Shown in pieces: positions 51,471 to 63,428 of a stretch of 64,000 nucleotides of DNA. This DNA comes from Callorhinchus milii. Taxonomy: Eukaryota. A program made the position numbers and the translations under genes. The DNA is taken from NCBI RefSeq assembly GCF_018977255.1, contig NW_024704766.1, positions 7,564,001 to 7,628,000 on the forward strand, read 5' to 3'. Below the pieces are notes generated by a model. That model saw only the letters and a program-made list of their open reading frames with translations. It ran no database searches and was not told the origin of the DNA. How positions within the stretch are numbered: the stretch's first letter is position 1; each line of letters begins with the position of its first letter.

Positions 51471-52524
51471 ACACGGCACCACATGTCCTGCCACAGCCTT
51501 TTGGGGGAACTCTCTTCCCCAAAAGGCTGTGGATTATGGCTCAATCCATTCACATTGTCCAGACTGAGGTGAATCGACGTTTGTTAGGTCAGGGGATCAA
51601 GGGATGTGGGGCAAAGATGGGTAATTGGAGTTGAGTTATAGATCAACCATGATCTTACAGAATAGAGGAACAGGCTTAAGGGGCTAAATAGCCTACTCCT
51701 ATTTTACACCGACACCCCACCCCCCACCACCTGGCCTGCCACTGCCAGCCTCACCTGGAACAGGTTACCAGGAGGTCAGGACAACAGACTCATAATATTC
51801 CTTATTCCCTAATCTAATAAAGCACATCAGGAGGGCGCTTCACAGGATTCACCGTGAAGTGCAGTGACTGTGTTTTGGGAGACAATCGGCACTGAAGGAA
51901 GAAGGTGCTGCTGCAATGGGAGGACAATGGGGTCACTATTCTGGCAGAATGAGGTCAAATAGGACACCTTGACACTTCCTGATAGGAAAAGTTTACAGCC
52001 ATAAACATTTACAGCGCAGAAAGAGGCCGCTTTGCCTGTCAGTGCTGGCTGTTTTACAGTTCAAGCCTTTTAGGCCCTTTCCCCTCCCACCCCCATAACC
52101 TTATCATTCGCCAGCGATATTATTGTGCCCCTCAAGCAAAACACTTCGCTTATCAAGTAAGATAGTCACGGACAAAGCCACGGGAGATGGCCGCCTTTTC
52201 ACCCACCGGAGACTTTGAGGTGGAATAGGGGTGAAAATTGGGAGGAAGTGAAGAACCCGAGACAGTTTAAAATCAACAAATAAACAAACAAACAAACAAA
52301 CAAATAGCCCTAAAAAAATTCGATCCACGATTCTTTATGGGACGCTGCTGTGTGCAATTGGCTGCTGCGTTTGCCCACAAAATATACAGTTTATACGGTG
52401 AAGACCTTGGAGACGTCTCAAAGACGTAATAAGGCGCTGTATCAAATACAAGGATTATTGCTATTATTATTTATTATAAATCACAGATTATAAACAGTGA
52501 CAACAATCCAATTAGATGCTGTTA

Positions 52525-52530
52525 TTTATT
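52525..52530 (-). terminator. Polyadenylation signal of APOA4-like copy 1 (same signal at 62446-62451 in copy 2)
   Basis: AATAAA on the minus strand about 60 nt after the stop codon. Confidence 0.7.
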
Positions 52531-52588
52531 GAGTGGGGCTAAATTACAGTGATGTTTAGCTGATGGTTTACATTTGATTTCTGTTGCT

Positions 52589-55500
52589 TTACTTCTGGAG
52601 TTTCTGACGGAAGGTTTCCCACAGGGCGGTGAGGTGGGCTCTCAGCTGCATCTCCACGGGTGTCAGTGTCTGACGGACCTTGTCTGTGTGTGGCTGGAGG
52701 CTCTCTCTCATCTTCTGGATGTTCTGGCTGATCATGGTGTCCAGCTGCTCAGTGTAGGGAGCCATGTTCTGACGGAACTCCTCGATCCTCTGGTTGACCT
52801 GGTTGTTCAGTGCTTCGGCCCTGGGCACCAGGTCCTCGAAGTTCTCATTGAGTTTAGCCTTGAGCTCGGCGGCGAAGGGGGCCAGCTGTGCCTTCAGCTG
52901 CTCAGCATTGGCATTGAGCTGCTCCTGGAGCTGCTGTGTGAACGGGACAATCTTCTGGCTCAACTCCTCAATCTGCTGGTTCATCCTGTCCTGGACCTCT
53001 TGGGTGTAAGGAGCCAGGCTTGTGCGCAGCTCTTGGACATTCTCAGTAAACTTGGCCAAGTACTCGTCAGTAAGAGGAGTCAACTTCTGTCTCACCTCAT
53101 CCACGTTCTCGTTAATCTTCTGCTGGAGGTCTTGGGCGAAGGGGACCAGAGCTTGCTGGAGGCTGTCTGCGTTCTGCTGGAGTGTTCTCTGAAGGTCCTC
53201 AGTGTAGGGAGTCAGCCTCTGGCGCAGTTGCTCAGTCTTCTCGCTCACCTGGGCACTCAGCTCCTCAGTGTAGGGAGTCAGCCTCAGCTTGAGCACCTCA
53301 ATCTTCTGGCTGATCTGTTGTTGGACCTCCTCAGAAATGGGAGACACTTGTGCGCTCAGTTGCTCCACCTGCTGCCTGATCTGCTCCTGCAACCTCTCGC
53401 CATCCTCCGTCACTTTGGTACGGAACTGCTGCGCTAGAGGGGTCATCTTCTCTCGCAGATCGTCAGCGTAGACAGTGATCTGCCCAAGGTTTTCCTTAAT
53501 CAGCTCACTGCAAAGCACACCAGAAAGCACACCAACTCTTACATCATTTCCCACATTCTTTTCAAAGCAAATTATAATAATCCTTGCATTTGATACATCG
53601 CCTTATCACATCGCTGAGATGTCTCAAAGCTCTTTACAGAATACACTGTAAAGTGCAGTGACTGTGTATTTTGTTGGCGGAACACAGCAGCCAATTGCGC
53701 ACAGCAGTGTCCTACAGTCATGGATTGTGTGACCAATTTATTTTGTTATGGAGGGTTTATTACCTCCCGAAAGCGATCCGTCAATTGACTAACAACCGGT
53801 TTCCTACTTACTACTCGATAAACAGGTGTGTGGAGCAATGAAACTTCCCTCGGGTTTCACCCTTAATCTAATGGAATTAGACCAATAATGAGAAAGTCAC
53901 TGCACTTCACAGTGAATCCTGTGAAGCACTTTGGGACAGGAAAGGCTCTAATTAAATGGAAGGATTATTATGAGTGATTCTTTCAACCGGGTAACAACAT
54001 GTGGTGATAACCTCAGTGCTAAACAATGGACACAGGCTGCAGTTTTCATGCTATTGGTGGAGTTCTGTAACTCAATGGTTAGACCACTCGCCTCACAAGT
54101 GAGAGACCTGGGTTTGATTCCCGGCAGAGGGCGAAACCTCAGCCAAGTTTCCTTACTCCACACAACAAGGCATCAACAAACAGTGATATACTCAACGCTA
54201 AGCGATGGGAACAGGCTGCAGGTTTAACTCTATTCTGTGACGAAGGCAAAGTGAGGAGACTCCTCAGCTCAGGAAACCAATGTCCCTGACGTTAAACCGT
54301 GTTCAGGTTCAAGATGATCTTATTTTATGCGCACACACACGCACATGCACACTTACGCACACAAACACACACACACACACCTATGCACACACCACACACA
54401 CACGCACACAAACACACACACCAACACACGCGACACAAACACACGGCACAACACACGACAACACACACGCACGCTCGAACGGGAACAATAGAGACCAAAG
54501 GTGACCCTTCACTGGGCTCCTGTACTTACTCGAGATGTTTGCCAACCTCAGAGCTCTGGATCTTCCCCCACGTTCTCCCTGGCGGTTTCGCTCAGTTGGC
54601 TAACGTACTCCCAGAAGGCATCCTGCACCTGGTCATGGCTGACGTCAGCACGAGAGCCTACAGCGAGGACAGGACAGGACAGGACAGGTCAGGTCAGCGT
54701 GGGGGCGAGAGTCAGAGCCGGACACACATCAGCACTGAACCTTCAAGCACAGAATGAGGCCATCGAGCCTGTGCCTGCTCTTACCCCAACTAGCCCCCAC
54801 TCCCCCTCCGCTCTTACCCCAATTATCCCCCACTCCCCCCGCTCTTACCCCAACTAGCCCCCACTCCCCCGCTCTTACCCCAACTAGCCCCCACTCCCCC
54901 CGCTCTTACCCCAACTAGCCCCCACTCCCCCCGCTCTTACCCCAACTAGCCCCCACTCCCCCCGCTCTTACCCCAACTAGCCCCCACTCCCCCCGCTCTT
55001 ACCCCAACTAGCCCCCACTCCCCCGCTCTTACCCAACTAGCCCCCGCTCACCCGCTCTTACCCCAACTCAGCCCCACTCCCCCCGCTCTTACCCCAACTG
55101 GCCCCCACTCCCCGCTCTTACCCCAACTAGCCCCCACTCCCCCGCTCTTACCCCAACTAGCCCCCCCCCCCCCGCTCTTACCCAACTAGCCCCCACTCCC
55201 CCCCTTTACCCAACTAGCCCCCATTCCCCCAGTCTTACCCCAACAAGACCCCACTCTCCCACTCTTACCCCAACTAGCCCCTACTCTCCCTCGCTCTTAC
55301 CTCAACGAGCCCCCACTCCCCCGCTCTTACCCCAACTAGCCCCCACTCCCCCGCTCTTACCCCAACTAGCCCCCACTCCGCCACGCTTACCCCAACTAGC
55401 CCCACTCCGCCACGCTTACCTCAACTAGTCCCCACTCTTACCCCAACTAGCCCCACTCTTATCCCAAATAGCCCCCACTCCCCCACTCTTACCCCAACTA

Positions 55501-56344
55501 GCCCCACACCCCCTGCTCTTACCCCATCTAGCTCCCACTCCCCCGCTCTTACCCCATCTAGTCCCACTACCCCCGGTTTTACCCCATCTAGTCCCACTCC
55601 CCCACTCGTACCCTAACTAGTTCCACTCCCCCGCTCTTACCCCAATTAGCCCCACTCCCCCTGCTCTTACCCCAACTAGTCCTACCACTACTCGCTCTTA
55701 CCCCAGCTAGCCGCACTCTCCCGCTCTTACCCCAACTAGCTCCATTCCCCTGCTCTTACCCCAACTAGTCACACTCCCCACTCTTACACCAATTAGCTGC
55801 ACTCCCCCGCTCTTACCCCAAATAGCCCCACTGACCCACTCCTACCCCATAGCCCTGCAATTTCTTCCTTTTTAAGCCCATATCCAATTCCCTTCTGAAA
55901 GCTATTATGGAATCTGTTCCCTTTCAGGCAGCGCAGTCCAGATCGTAACAACTCTCTGGGCAACACTCAACACACATTTCCCATCTCACAGGACAGTGAG
56001 CTGAGGTTAGTGTTGGGGAGCTCCTCACACTGACTGCAGCACTCTGCTGACTGATCGACATGACTTCAGAACATACTCTGAAACCCCCTCTACCCACCTC
56101 CGCCAAAGGTCATGACCATTGACCAGTTAGATCTCAGTGGAATGAGCCTAAACTCTGCTGTGAACTGGGTTCCAGACTGGCAGGACCTGGGACTCAGGGA
56201 CACAGACAGTCTCGAGTCCACCACACAAGAGCTGACAACACAGCACAGCTTTACGCACAGTCAATACATGGCGTCGTAGTAATCTGATCTCTACAAACCT
56301 GAGAGGACGACGGCTAAGGCCACGAGGATAGTCCTGAGATACAT
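52589..56344 (-). CDS. APOA4: Apolipoprotein A-IV-like, copy 1 (about 363 aa; apparent 1-bp frameshift in the second coding exon)
   Basis: Coding exons 56299-56344 ([16 protein letters not shown]), 54530-54657 ([29 protein letters not shown]...) and 52589-53507 (22-mer Pro-punctuated amphipathic repeats PYTEEL/PFAQDL/PYTQEV). Non-coding exon near 56547-56565. Intron positions and phases match the exchangeable-apolipoprotein pattern. Confidence 0.85.
53575..54165. mobile_element. SINE copies in APOA4-like intron (minus 53575-53860; plus head 54058-54165); duplicated at 63495-64000
   Basis: Family body and head motifs. Confidence 0.75.
54765..55850. repeat. ~29-bp minisatellite (cccccgctcttaccccaactagcccccact)n in an APOA4-like intron
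   Basis: Roughly 35-40 units; homogeneous at the left, diverged at the right. Confidence 0.9.
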
Positions 56345-56584
56345 GATGGTTCTTTCTCACTTCCTTCAACCTGGAAGAAAAACCCAAACCAAGTGTTAGA
56401 TCCACAGCGTTGATCTAAGAGTTTTAGGCTCAACTGACACCTCACCTGTCCCCCTCCTGGGACACTGTGGAGAGATCTCAATCACTGTATTTTACTTTCC
56501 AGAGAGGATCAGCTCTTGCGCTCAGTGACTGCAGTGTGTCTCTTACCTGCAGGTGCTGCCTGTGACTCTGTGCCTCCTGCCTCG

Positions 56585-56700
56585 CTCCATATAAAGGGAT
56601 CTTATCGGGGAGGTGATAAGGAGTTGCCACGCTGGGCTCAGCCTGTGGACTTTCATTGATGAAAAAGAAGGAAAACGTGGAAGTTCCAACAAAGCTCCAG
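56585..56700 (-). promoter_or_regulatory. APOA4-like promoter: TATA-like box and possible HNF4 site
   Basis: TTTATAT on the minus strand at 56589-56595, about 30 nt upstream of the non-coding exon; GAAAGTCCA (HNF4 half-site-like) near 56646-56654. Confidence 0.5.
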
Positions 56701-56964
56701 GTGCAATCCTGATGTCACCGGCCACATGTTACCGAACAGGCAAACTCCAGCCCAGAGGCTGCTCTTGTTAACCCTTCACACATCTACTCTGTGACTGGCA
56801 TTCTCACTTCTGAGTCAGAATGTTTGTTTATTTCCCCATATCAGGCCTTTGAGCTCACAGTCCAGGCTGACACCGGTGCAGTGCTGGAGGACTGCTGGAT
56901 TATCAGAGATGTGGAGTTCTGTAGTTCAGTGGTTAGAGCTTTTGCCTCACAAGCGAGAGGACCT

Positions 56965-58900
56965 GGTCACTCTCCTCCATAACGCCCTCTCCACCACTCT
57001 CGATACCCTTGCTCAATTCACTTCCCACCGTCTCCTACTCACAAAAGTCAGACCGCTCTCCCCTCTGCTAACTCGTGGTTCTACTCCAAGACAATCTTGG
57101 AGGCCAAGAACAACCCTAGGCTCCTCTTCTGCATCACCAACCGACTCCTCCACCCACCCTCTCATGCCTCGTCTATCCCCTCCTCCAACGCCAACTGCGA
57201 GGCAATGCTGGACTTTCTCGAAACCAAAGTCAAGAGGATCCGCTCAGTTGCCTCTGCGCTTCCGTCTACGACACCCTACCCATCTGCCCCTCACACCCCG
57301 GCCCCTACTCATCTCTTCCACACCTTTGACCTCTCTCCTCCTCCCCTCTCACCACCAGTACAACCCACCTGCTCCCTCGACCCCATCCCTACCCCTCTCC
57401 TTACCTTCCAGCTCCACCTCCTTGCCCCTCTACTCACAGACATCATCAAACTCTCCCTGTCCACAAGCACCATTCTTTAAAAACAGCCGTCATCACTTCT
57501 ATCCCTCCCTGGACCCATTCCTGCTCTCAAACTACTCCACATCTCCAGCCTCCCTTTCCTTTCCAAGGTCCAGGAATGAGTTGTTGCTTCTCAGCTTTGC
57601 TCCTTCCTCTCCCGCCAATCCCTTCTCAAAACCCTTCAATCGGGTTTCTGTTCCGCCCACAGCACAGGAACAGCCCTGGTCAGTGACAAGTGATTTTCTG
57701 TCCATCTGCAACCAGGGCTCCCTCTGCCTCCATGTCCTCCTTGACCTCTCTGCTATCTTCGATACCATTGACCACACTATCCTGACAACCAATTCCATCT
57801 CTCTGCCTCCACTCTTGACTTCATGACAACTGTTGTCATAACAGAATATCTGTCAGACATCAAGTCAACAACAACAACAACAACAAGATTCCATTTATAA
57901 AGCGCCTTTCACGTCAGGAGGACGTCCCAAGGCGCTGCACAGTTGGGTCTTGACCCGAGCAGGGGGAAATGGTCAGGGTGAGGGGAGGGAAGGGAGGGAG
58001 CGAGGAGGGGGAAATGGTCAGGGTGAGGGGAGGGAAGGGAGGGAGCGAGGAGGGGGAAATGGTCAGGGTGAGGGGAGGGAAGGGAGGGAGCGAGGAGGGG
58101 GGAAATGGTCAGGGTGAGGGGAGGGAAGGGAGGGAGCGAGGAGGGGGAAGAGAGTCGAGAGGGGAGCTGAAGGCTCGGTCAAAGAGAGTCCTGCATGAGA
58201 GGTAACTTTCTTCAAATGAAAGTCAACAAGACCGAGGCTCTCCTGATTTTCGGACCTGAACCACAGCGTGTCCACACCTCAGACGCTGACAGCATCACCA
58301 TCCATGGTTGCACACTTCATCTGATTAAGCCAGTCTGGAACCTTGGCGTCTTGTTTGACCCTCAACTATCCTTTCTACCCAACATCCGTGCCATGACCTG
58401 CTCTGCCTTCCCCACCTCCACAACGTATCAAGTGTCCGCCACTGTCTATCACTGCAGGCCGCCGAAACCCTCATACACGCATTCATTACATCCAGGCTTG
58501 ACTACGCAAACTCACTGCTTGTCGGCCTCTCCAACTCTTCCCTCCACAGGCTGCAGATCATCTGGAACTCTGCAGCCCGTGTCGTCTCCCACACCAGGCT
58601 CCGTGACCCTATCACCCCAATCCACTTGCCCCGCCTTGCTCGCCCCACCATTGGGCGGGCCTTCACCCACTCTGCCCCACTCTCTGGAACTTCATCCCGC
58701 AGTCCCTCCACCTTGCCCCTTCCCTTGCCTCTTTCAAGACCCATCTGAAGACCCTCTTCTTTGACTGTGCCTTTGATCACCCTCCTTCTCCCCGCCCTCC
58801 ACCCTCCTCGATCCCGACCCTCAGCTCAGGGCCGAAACAATGACTGTTCAGCACCTTGGGAAGTCCTTGGAGGATGTGAAAGGCGCTATAAAAATGTAAT
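56965..58900. mobile_element. Nested L2 fragments: plus 56965-57850, minus 3' tail with 3-4 VNTR units 57870-58175, plus 58190-58900
   Basis: CSLDPIPT and LLDLSAIFDTIDH motifs, L2 tails and (GTT)n ends. Confidence 0.75.
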
Positions 58901-59469
58901 ATTGTTGTGTTGAATTAACTGCCAGGGTTCATAATGTACTTGGAATGATTTTCATTTGGAAGGTGTATTAAGCACTTGAGAGGCTACTCTGCATAGAGGG
59001 CACTATATAGGTGCCAGTTGTTGTTGTAATTTTATATAAATCTTGGGTGTTGCTGATTAGAGTCAGATTACAAGGAACGAGGGGTGGGTGTGAAGAAAGA
59101 AAAAAATAATGTGCATTTTTATAGGTCTGTCATGTTTTACAGGTAAATACAGCAACAATTTGCGTTTATATAGTGCTTCTCACACAGGATAGCATCTCAG
59201 AGAGCTTGGGACACGACCCAAGGAAGCTTGCCCAATGTTTGGCCCTGTCTGGAAATCAAACCCAGGTCACCTCGCTCATGAGGCAAGTGCTCTAACCACT
59301 GAGCTACCCACCTAACCCACTCCCCGAGCAGCCCTCCCCACCCACTGATCTGCAGATATCCCTCCCGCAAACACAAGCGTCCCTCAATGGCAGATGATCA
59401 GAGGGACCCCACTGCACACTTTGATTGAAAGTTTTGGGGTCATTGACCATCCCCTTGATATAGGAACAT

Positions 59470-59825
59470 AGTCGCTGTAGCTTAGTGGTTACCGCGCTCG
59501 CCTCGCAAGCGAGAGGACCTTGGTTCGATTCCTGGTCAGGGAGAAAGGTTGGGTATGTTTCCAGACTTCACATACGGAAGGAACACGATTGATAGTCGAT
59601 TGGCGGATTGTATTTCTGGGGGTAATAATCCCTTCAAAACAAATAAAAATAATAATAATAATTTGTTCACTCAATCAACGACTGTTTGTGGGACACTACT
59701 GTTGGCTGCTACGTTTCATCCACAAAATAATTCACTTTACAGTATATTCTGTGAAGCGCTTTGAGACGTCTCAAAGACGTGATAAGGCGCTATATCAAAT
59801 GCAAAGATTATTATTATTATTACTA
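59470..59825 (+). mobile_element. Full-length tRNA-derived SINE
   Basis: Head gtcgctgtagcttagtggttacc...ggttcgattcctgg; tail gcgctatatcaaatgcaaagattattatt. Confidence 0.85.
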
Positions 59826-60137
59826 TAACATAGGAACAGGAGTGTACTAGCAATGAATATGTGACCAGTGACATCAGTTTTGTTGGAACTTTGGCTCATT
59901 TGGGACCATAACATCCACCTACTTACTGTCTTCCCAGGAGTGTCAAGTTGTTTCTTAAATTAATCTAACTAACTTTCCTGATAAGCCGCTCCAGGCCTTG
60001 ATTTTACTTTGTGTAACAAGGTTGGAATCTGCCAGTCTCTCACAGTGCCTGACTTTGACCCTGCGTCAGCGTGCCTAACACGCTGGAATCCCAGAGCAGA
60101 CTTTATGTTCCTTGATCAAAGTTCACCAAGAAGTGAG

Positions 60138-60496
60138 GTGGGTGTCAGCCTGGACTGTCAGTCAGTGGCATTCTCACCTCTGGGTCGGAAAGTTATGGGT
60201 TCAAACCCACAAGCCTCATTTTGGAGACTATGTGCTCACAGTCCAAACTGGAGCTTCAGCGCAGTGCTGGGGGTGGGGCGGGGGGAGCCCCACAATGTCA
60301 GAGGCCCCGTTCTTTTGATGACAAGTTAAACCAAGCTCCCGTCTGCCTATTCAGGTGGACATCAAAGACCCTGTGCCACTATTGGTGTGAGGGGCCCTAC
60401 ATAACAGTGGTGCTCCTCACACAGGGTAGTGTCCCAAGTTCTCTGGGACCTTATCCTGCGTACGGAGCGCTATATAAATGCAAGTTGTTGTTGTTG
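60138..60496 (+). mobile_element. DeuSINE-like element with an L2-type (GTT)n tail
   Basis: tRNA-like head, core gatgacaagttaaaccaagctcccgtctgcctattcaggtggacatcaaagaccc, tail gcgctatataaatgcaagttgttgttgttg. Confidence 0.6.
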
Positions 60497-61656
60497 CATA
60501 TTATCTGCAAAATATGACGTTCCCTGTAACCTGACTCTAATCAGCAACACGCAGTAAAATGAAAGTCGCTGCAAGAACATTACAAACCAGGGCCGATAAC
60601 TTCCCAAACCTCACTTCAGAGGTCATTTAAATGTATTATTTGTAGGTGAATGATCGCAGCAGCCAATTTGCACACAGGCAATGGTGCACAAACAACCATC
60701 AAGTGAATGATTGTTTTATCTGGAGAATTGTGAGTCACCAGGAGAAATTAACTCCTTTCTCATCTCTAATAGCGAAATAAATAATGAGCATTTTTATAGG
60801 TCCGTCATGTTTTACAGGTAATTACAACAACAACTTGCAACAACAATATAGCGCTTCTCACGCAGGATAACATCCCAGAGCACGTGGGACACTACCCAAG
60901 GAAGCTTGCCCAACGTTTGGCCCTATCTGAGAATCAAACTCAATCATCTCGCTTGTGAGGCAAGTGCTCTAACCACTGAGCCACAGAACTCCACATGTGC
61001 TGCCACAACTCTTTCCCCAAAAGGCTGGGGATTATGGCTGGATCCAATCCACATTGTTCAGACTGAGGTGGATAGATGTTTCTTAGAGTCAGGGTATCAA
61101 GGGATATGGGGCAAGGGTGAGCAATCGTAGTTGATCAACCATAATCTTATAGAATGGCAGAACAGGCTGGAGGGGCTGAATAGCCTACTCCTGTTACTAT
61201 GTTCTGAGACGGTTCAACACCCCTATATGTACACCCACGACATGGCTTGCTCTCCCTTGCAGAGTGCACTCTGTGGCCTCTGTGTTCAGTTGTCACTAAT
61301 GAGTCAATTGGCTGCTGCGTTTCGCCCACAAATATACGGTCAATTCGCTTTACAGTATATTCTGTGAAGCGCTTTGAGACATCTGGAAGACGTGAAAAGC
61401 GCTATATCAAATGCAAGGATTATTATTACAACAACAAGATTACATTTGTATAGCGCCTTTCACGTCGGGAGGATGTCCCAAGGCGCTGGACAGTGTACAG
61501 CATTTCAGATAGACAACAGAAACTCACGTCAGCCAGAGCAGGTTTATAATCTGTGTCCAATTCTGTTCTGCACCACCACTTAAACAAGCTCTTCGAAATA
61601 CTTCTCGTGCCAGGAAAATATTATTATTATTATGAATGCAAGTCCCTATAACTAGG

Positions 61657-62405
61657 TGTAACTTGACTAATGAGTTCGACAGATACTAACAATTGCTATT
61701 GAAATTAAAGCAAATTGGGAAGCTTCAGTCAATCAGAGGTTTATTTTACACCTCTGTGACCTAGCCCGAACCTGTTTGTGTATTCCCTCCTTCCTTGATT
61801 TATACAGAAAGCTCAAGTTCAGCACGGTTAGGTAAGCTCAACAGAATTTTATTGTAGCTTCAATGAAATCCACAACACTCGGCATTAAATCTTAAACGAC
61901 ACAATAAATATCAACAAACACAACTATGAGATAACAAACATTAATCACACCTAAACTACACATGCTAGCAGCCACTTATAATGAAGTTAATGTAAAGTGC
62001 ACGAAAAACCAAGGTCTGCCTCCTACTCATCAATAGTCAGAGCATGTATCTTTGTTGTCATCAGGTACAAAAACAGCGACCGCAAGCACATGGCGCTCCT
62101 TCTTTTATGGGCATTGAGTCCCTCCCCAAATTAGGGGAATTACCACAATGGTAATTGTAATTGGTGCCTTTTTTATGGCCCAATCAAAATCATCCTTTAA
62201 GTCACCCGATAGGGAACCAGTGCACCTTCCTCTCCACTTCTGCAAATTATAGATACTCAGTTACTGCCAAATTGACGTTGGAGTCGGACGTGATGTCACC
62301 ATAAGCATCAAAAATGTTAAATACATAAAAAGCAAACGCATCAACTTTATAGAACATATTTTTAACAACAGACAGGCATAGAACACAAAAGGGGTGTCTG
62401 TGACA
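61657..62405 (-). mobile_element. Possible solo LTR
   Basis: TGTAAC...GTGACA inverted termini; on the minus strand a CATAAAA box (about 62102-62108) is followed by AATAAA (about 61847-61852). No target-site duplication seen. Confidence 0.3.
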
Positions 62406-62509
62406 ACATTATAAACAGTGACAACAATCCAATTAGATGCTGTTATTTATTGAGTGGGGCTAAATTACAGTGATGTTTAGCTGATGGTTTACATTTGATT
62501 TCTGTTGCT

Positions 62510-63428
62510 TTACTTCTGGAGGTTCTGACGGAAGGTTTCCCACAGGGCGGTGAGGTGGGCTCTCAGCTGCATCTCCACGGGTGTCAGTGTCTGACGGACC
62601 TTGTCTGTGTGTGGCTGGAGGCTCTCTCTCATCTTCTGGATGTTCTGGCTGATCATGGTGTCCAGCTGCTCAGTGTAGGGAGCCATGTTCTGACGGAACT
62701 CCTCGATCCTCTGGTTGACCTGGTTGTTCAGTGCTTCGGCCCTGGGCACCAGGTCCTCGAAGTTCTCATTGAGTTTAGCCTTGAGCTCCGCGGCGAAGGG
62801 GGCCAGCTGTGCCTTCAGCTGCTCAGCATTGGCATTGAGCTGCTCCTGGAGCTGCTGTGTGAACGGGACAATCTTCTGGCTCAACTCCTCAATCTGCTGG
62901 TTCATCCTGTCCTGGACCTCTTGGGTGTAAGGAGCCAGGCTTGTGCGCAGCTCTTGGACATTCTCAGTAAACTTGGCCAAGTACTCGTCAGTAAGAGGAG
63001 TCAACTTCTGCCTCACCTCATCCACGTTCTCGTTAATCTTCTGCTGGAGGTCTTGGGCGAAGGGGACCAGAGCTTGCTGGAGGCTGTCTGCGTTCTGCTG
63101 GAGTGTTCTCTGAAGGTCCTCAGTGTAGGGAGTCAGCCTCTGGCGCAGTTGCTCAGTCTTCTCGCTCACCTGGGCACTCAGCTCCTCAGTGTAGGGAGTC
63201 AGCCTCAGCTTGAGCACCTCAATCTTCTGGCTGATCTGTTGTTGGACCTCCTCAGAAATGGGAGACACTTGTGCGCTCAGTTGCTCCACCTGCTGCCTGA
63301 TCTGCTCCTGCAACCTCTCGCCATCCTCCGTCACTTTGGTACGGAACTGCTGCGCTAGAGGGGTCATCTTCTCTCGCAGATCGTCAGCGTAGACAGTGAT
63401 CTGCCCAAGGTTTTCCTTAATCAGCTCA
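62510..63428 (-). CDS. APOA4: Apolipoprotein A-IV-like, copy 2, last coding exon (upstream exons beyond the window)
   Basis: Near-identical to 52589-53507 at an offset of 9921 bp; ends RQNLQK instead of RQKLQK; acceptor ctttgcAG at 63429. Confidence 0.85.

Noticed and set aside
52574-53437. 287-aa Leu-rich plus-strand ORF (and its twin at 62495-63358)
   Set aside because: Antisense shadow of the APOA4-like exon caused by codon bias.
6990-59825. tRNA-like sequences (gtagctcagtggttagagc...ggttcgattcc)
   Set aside because: All are SINE heads attached to the same body and tail, and are diverged; no stand-alone tRNA gene is supported.
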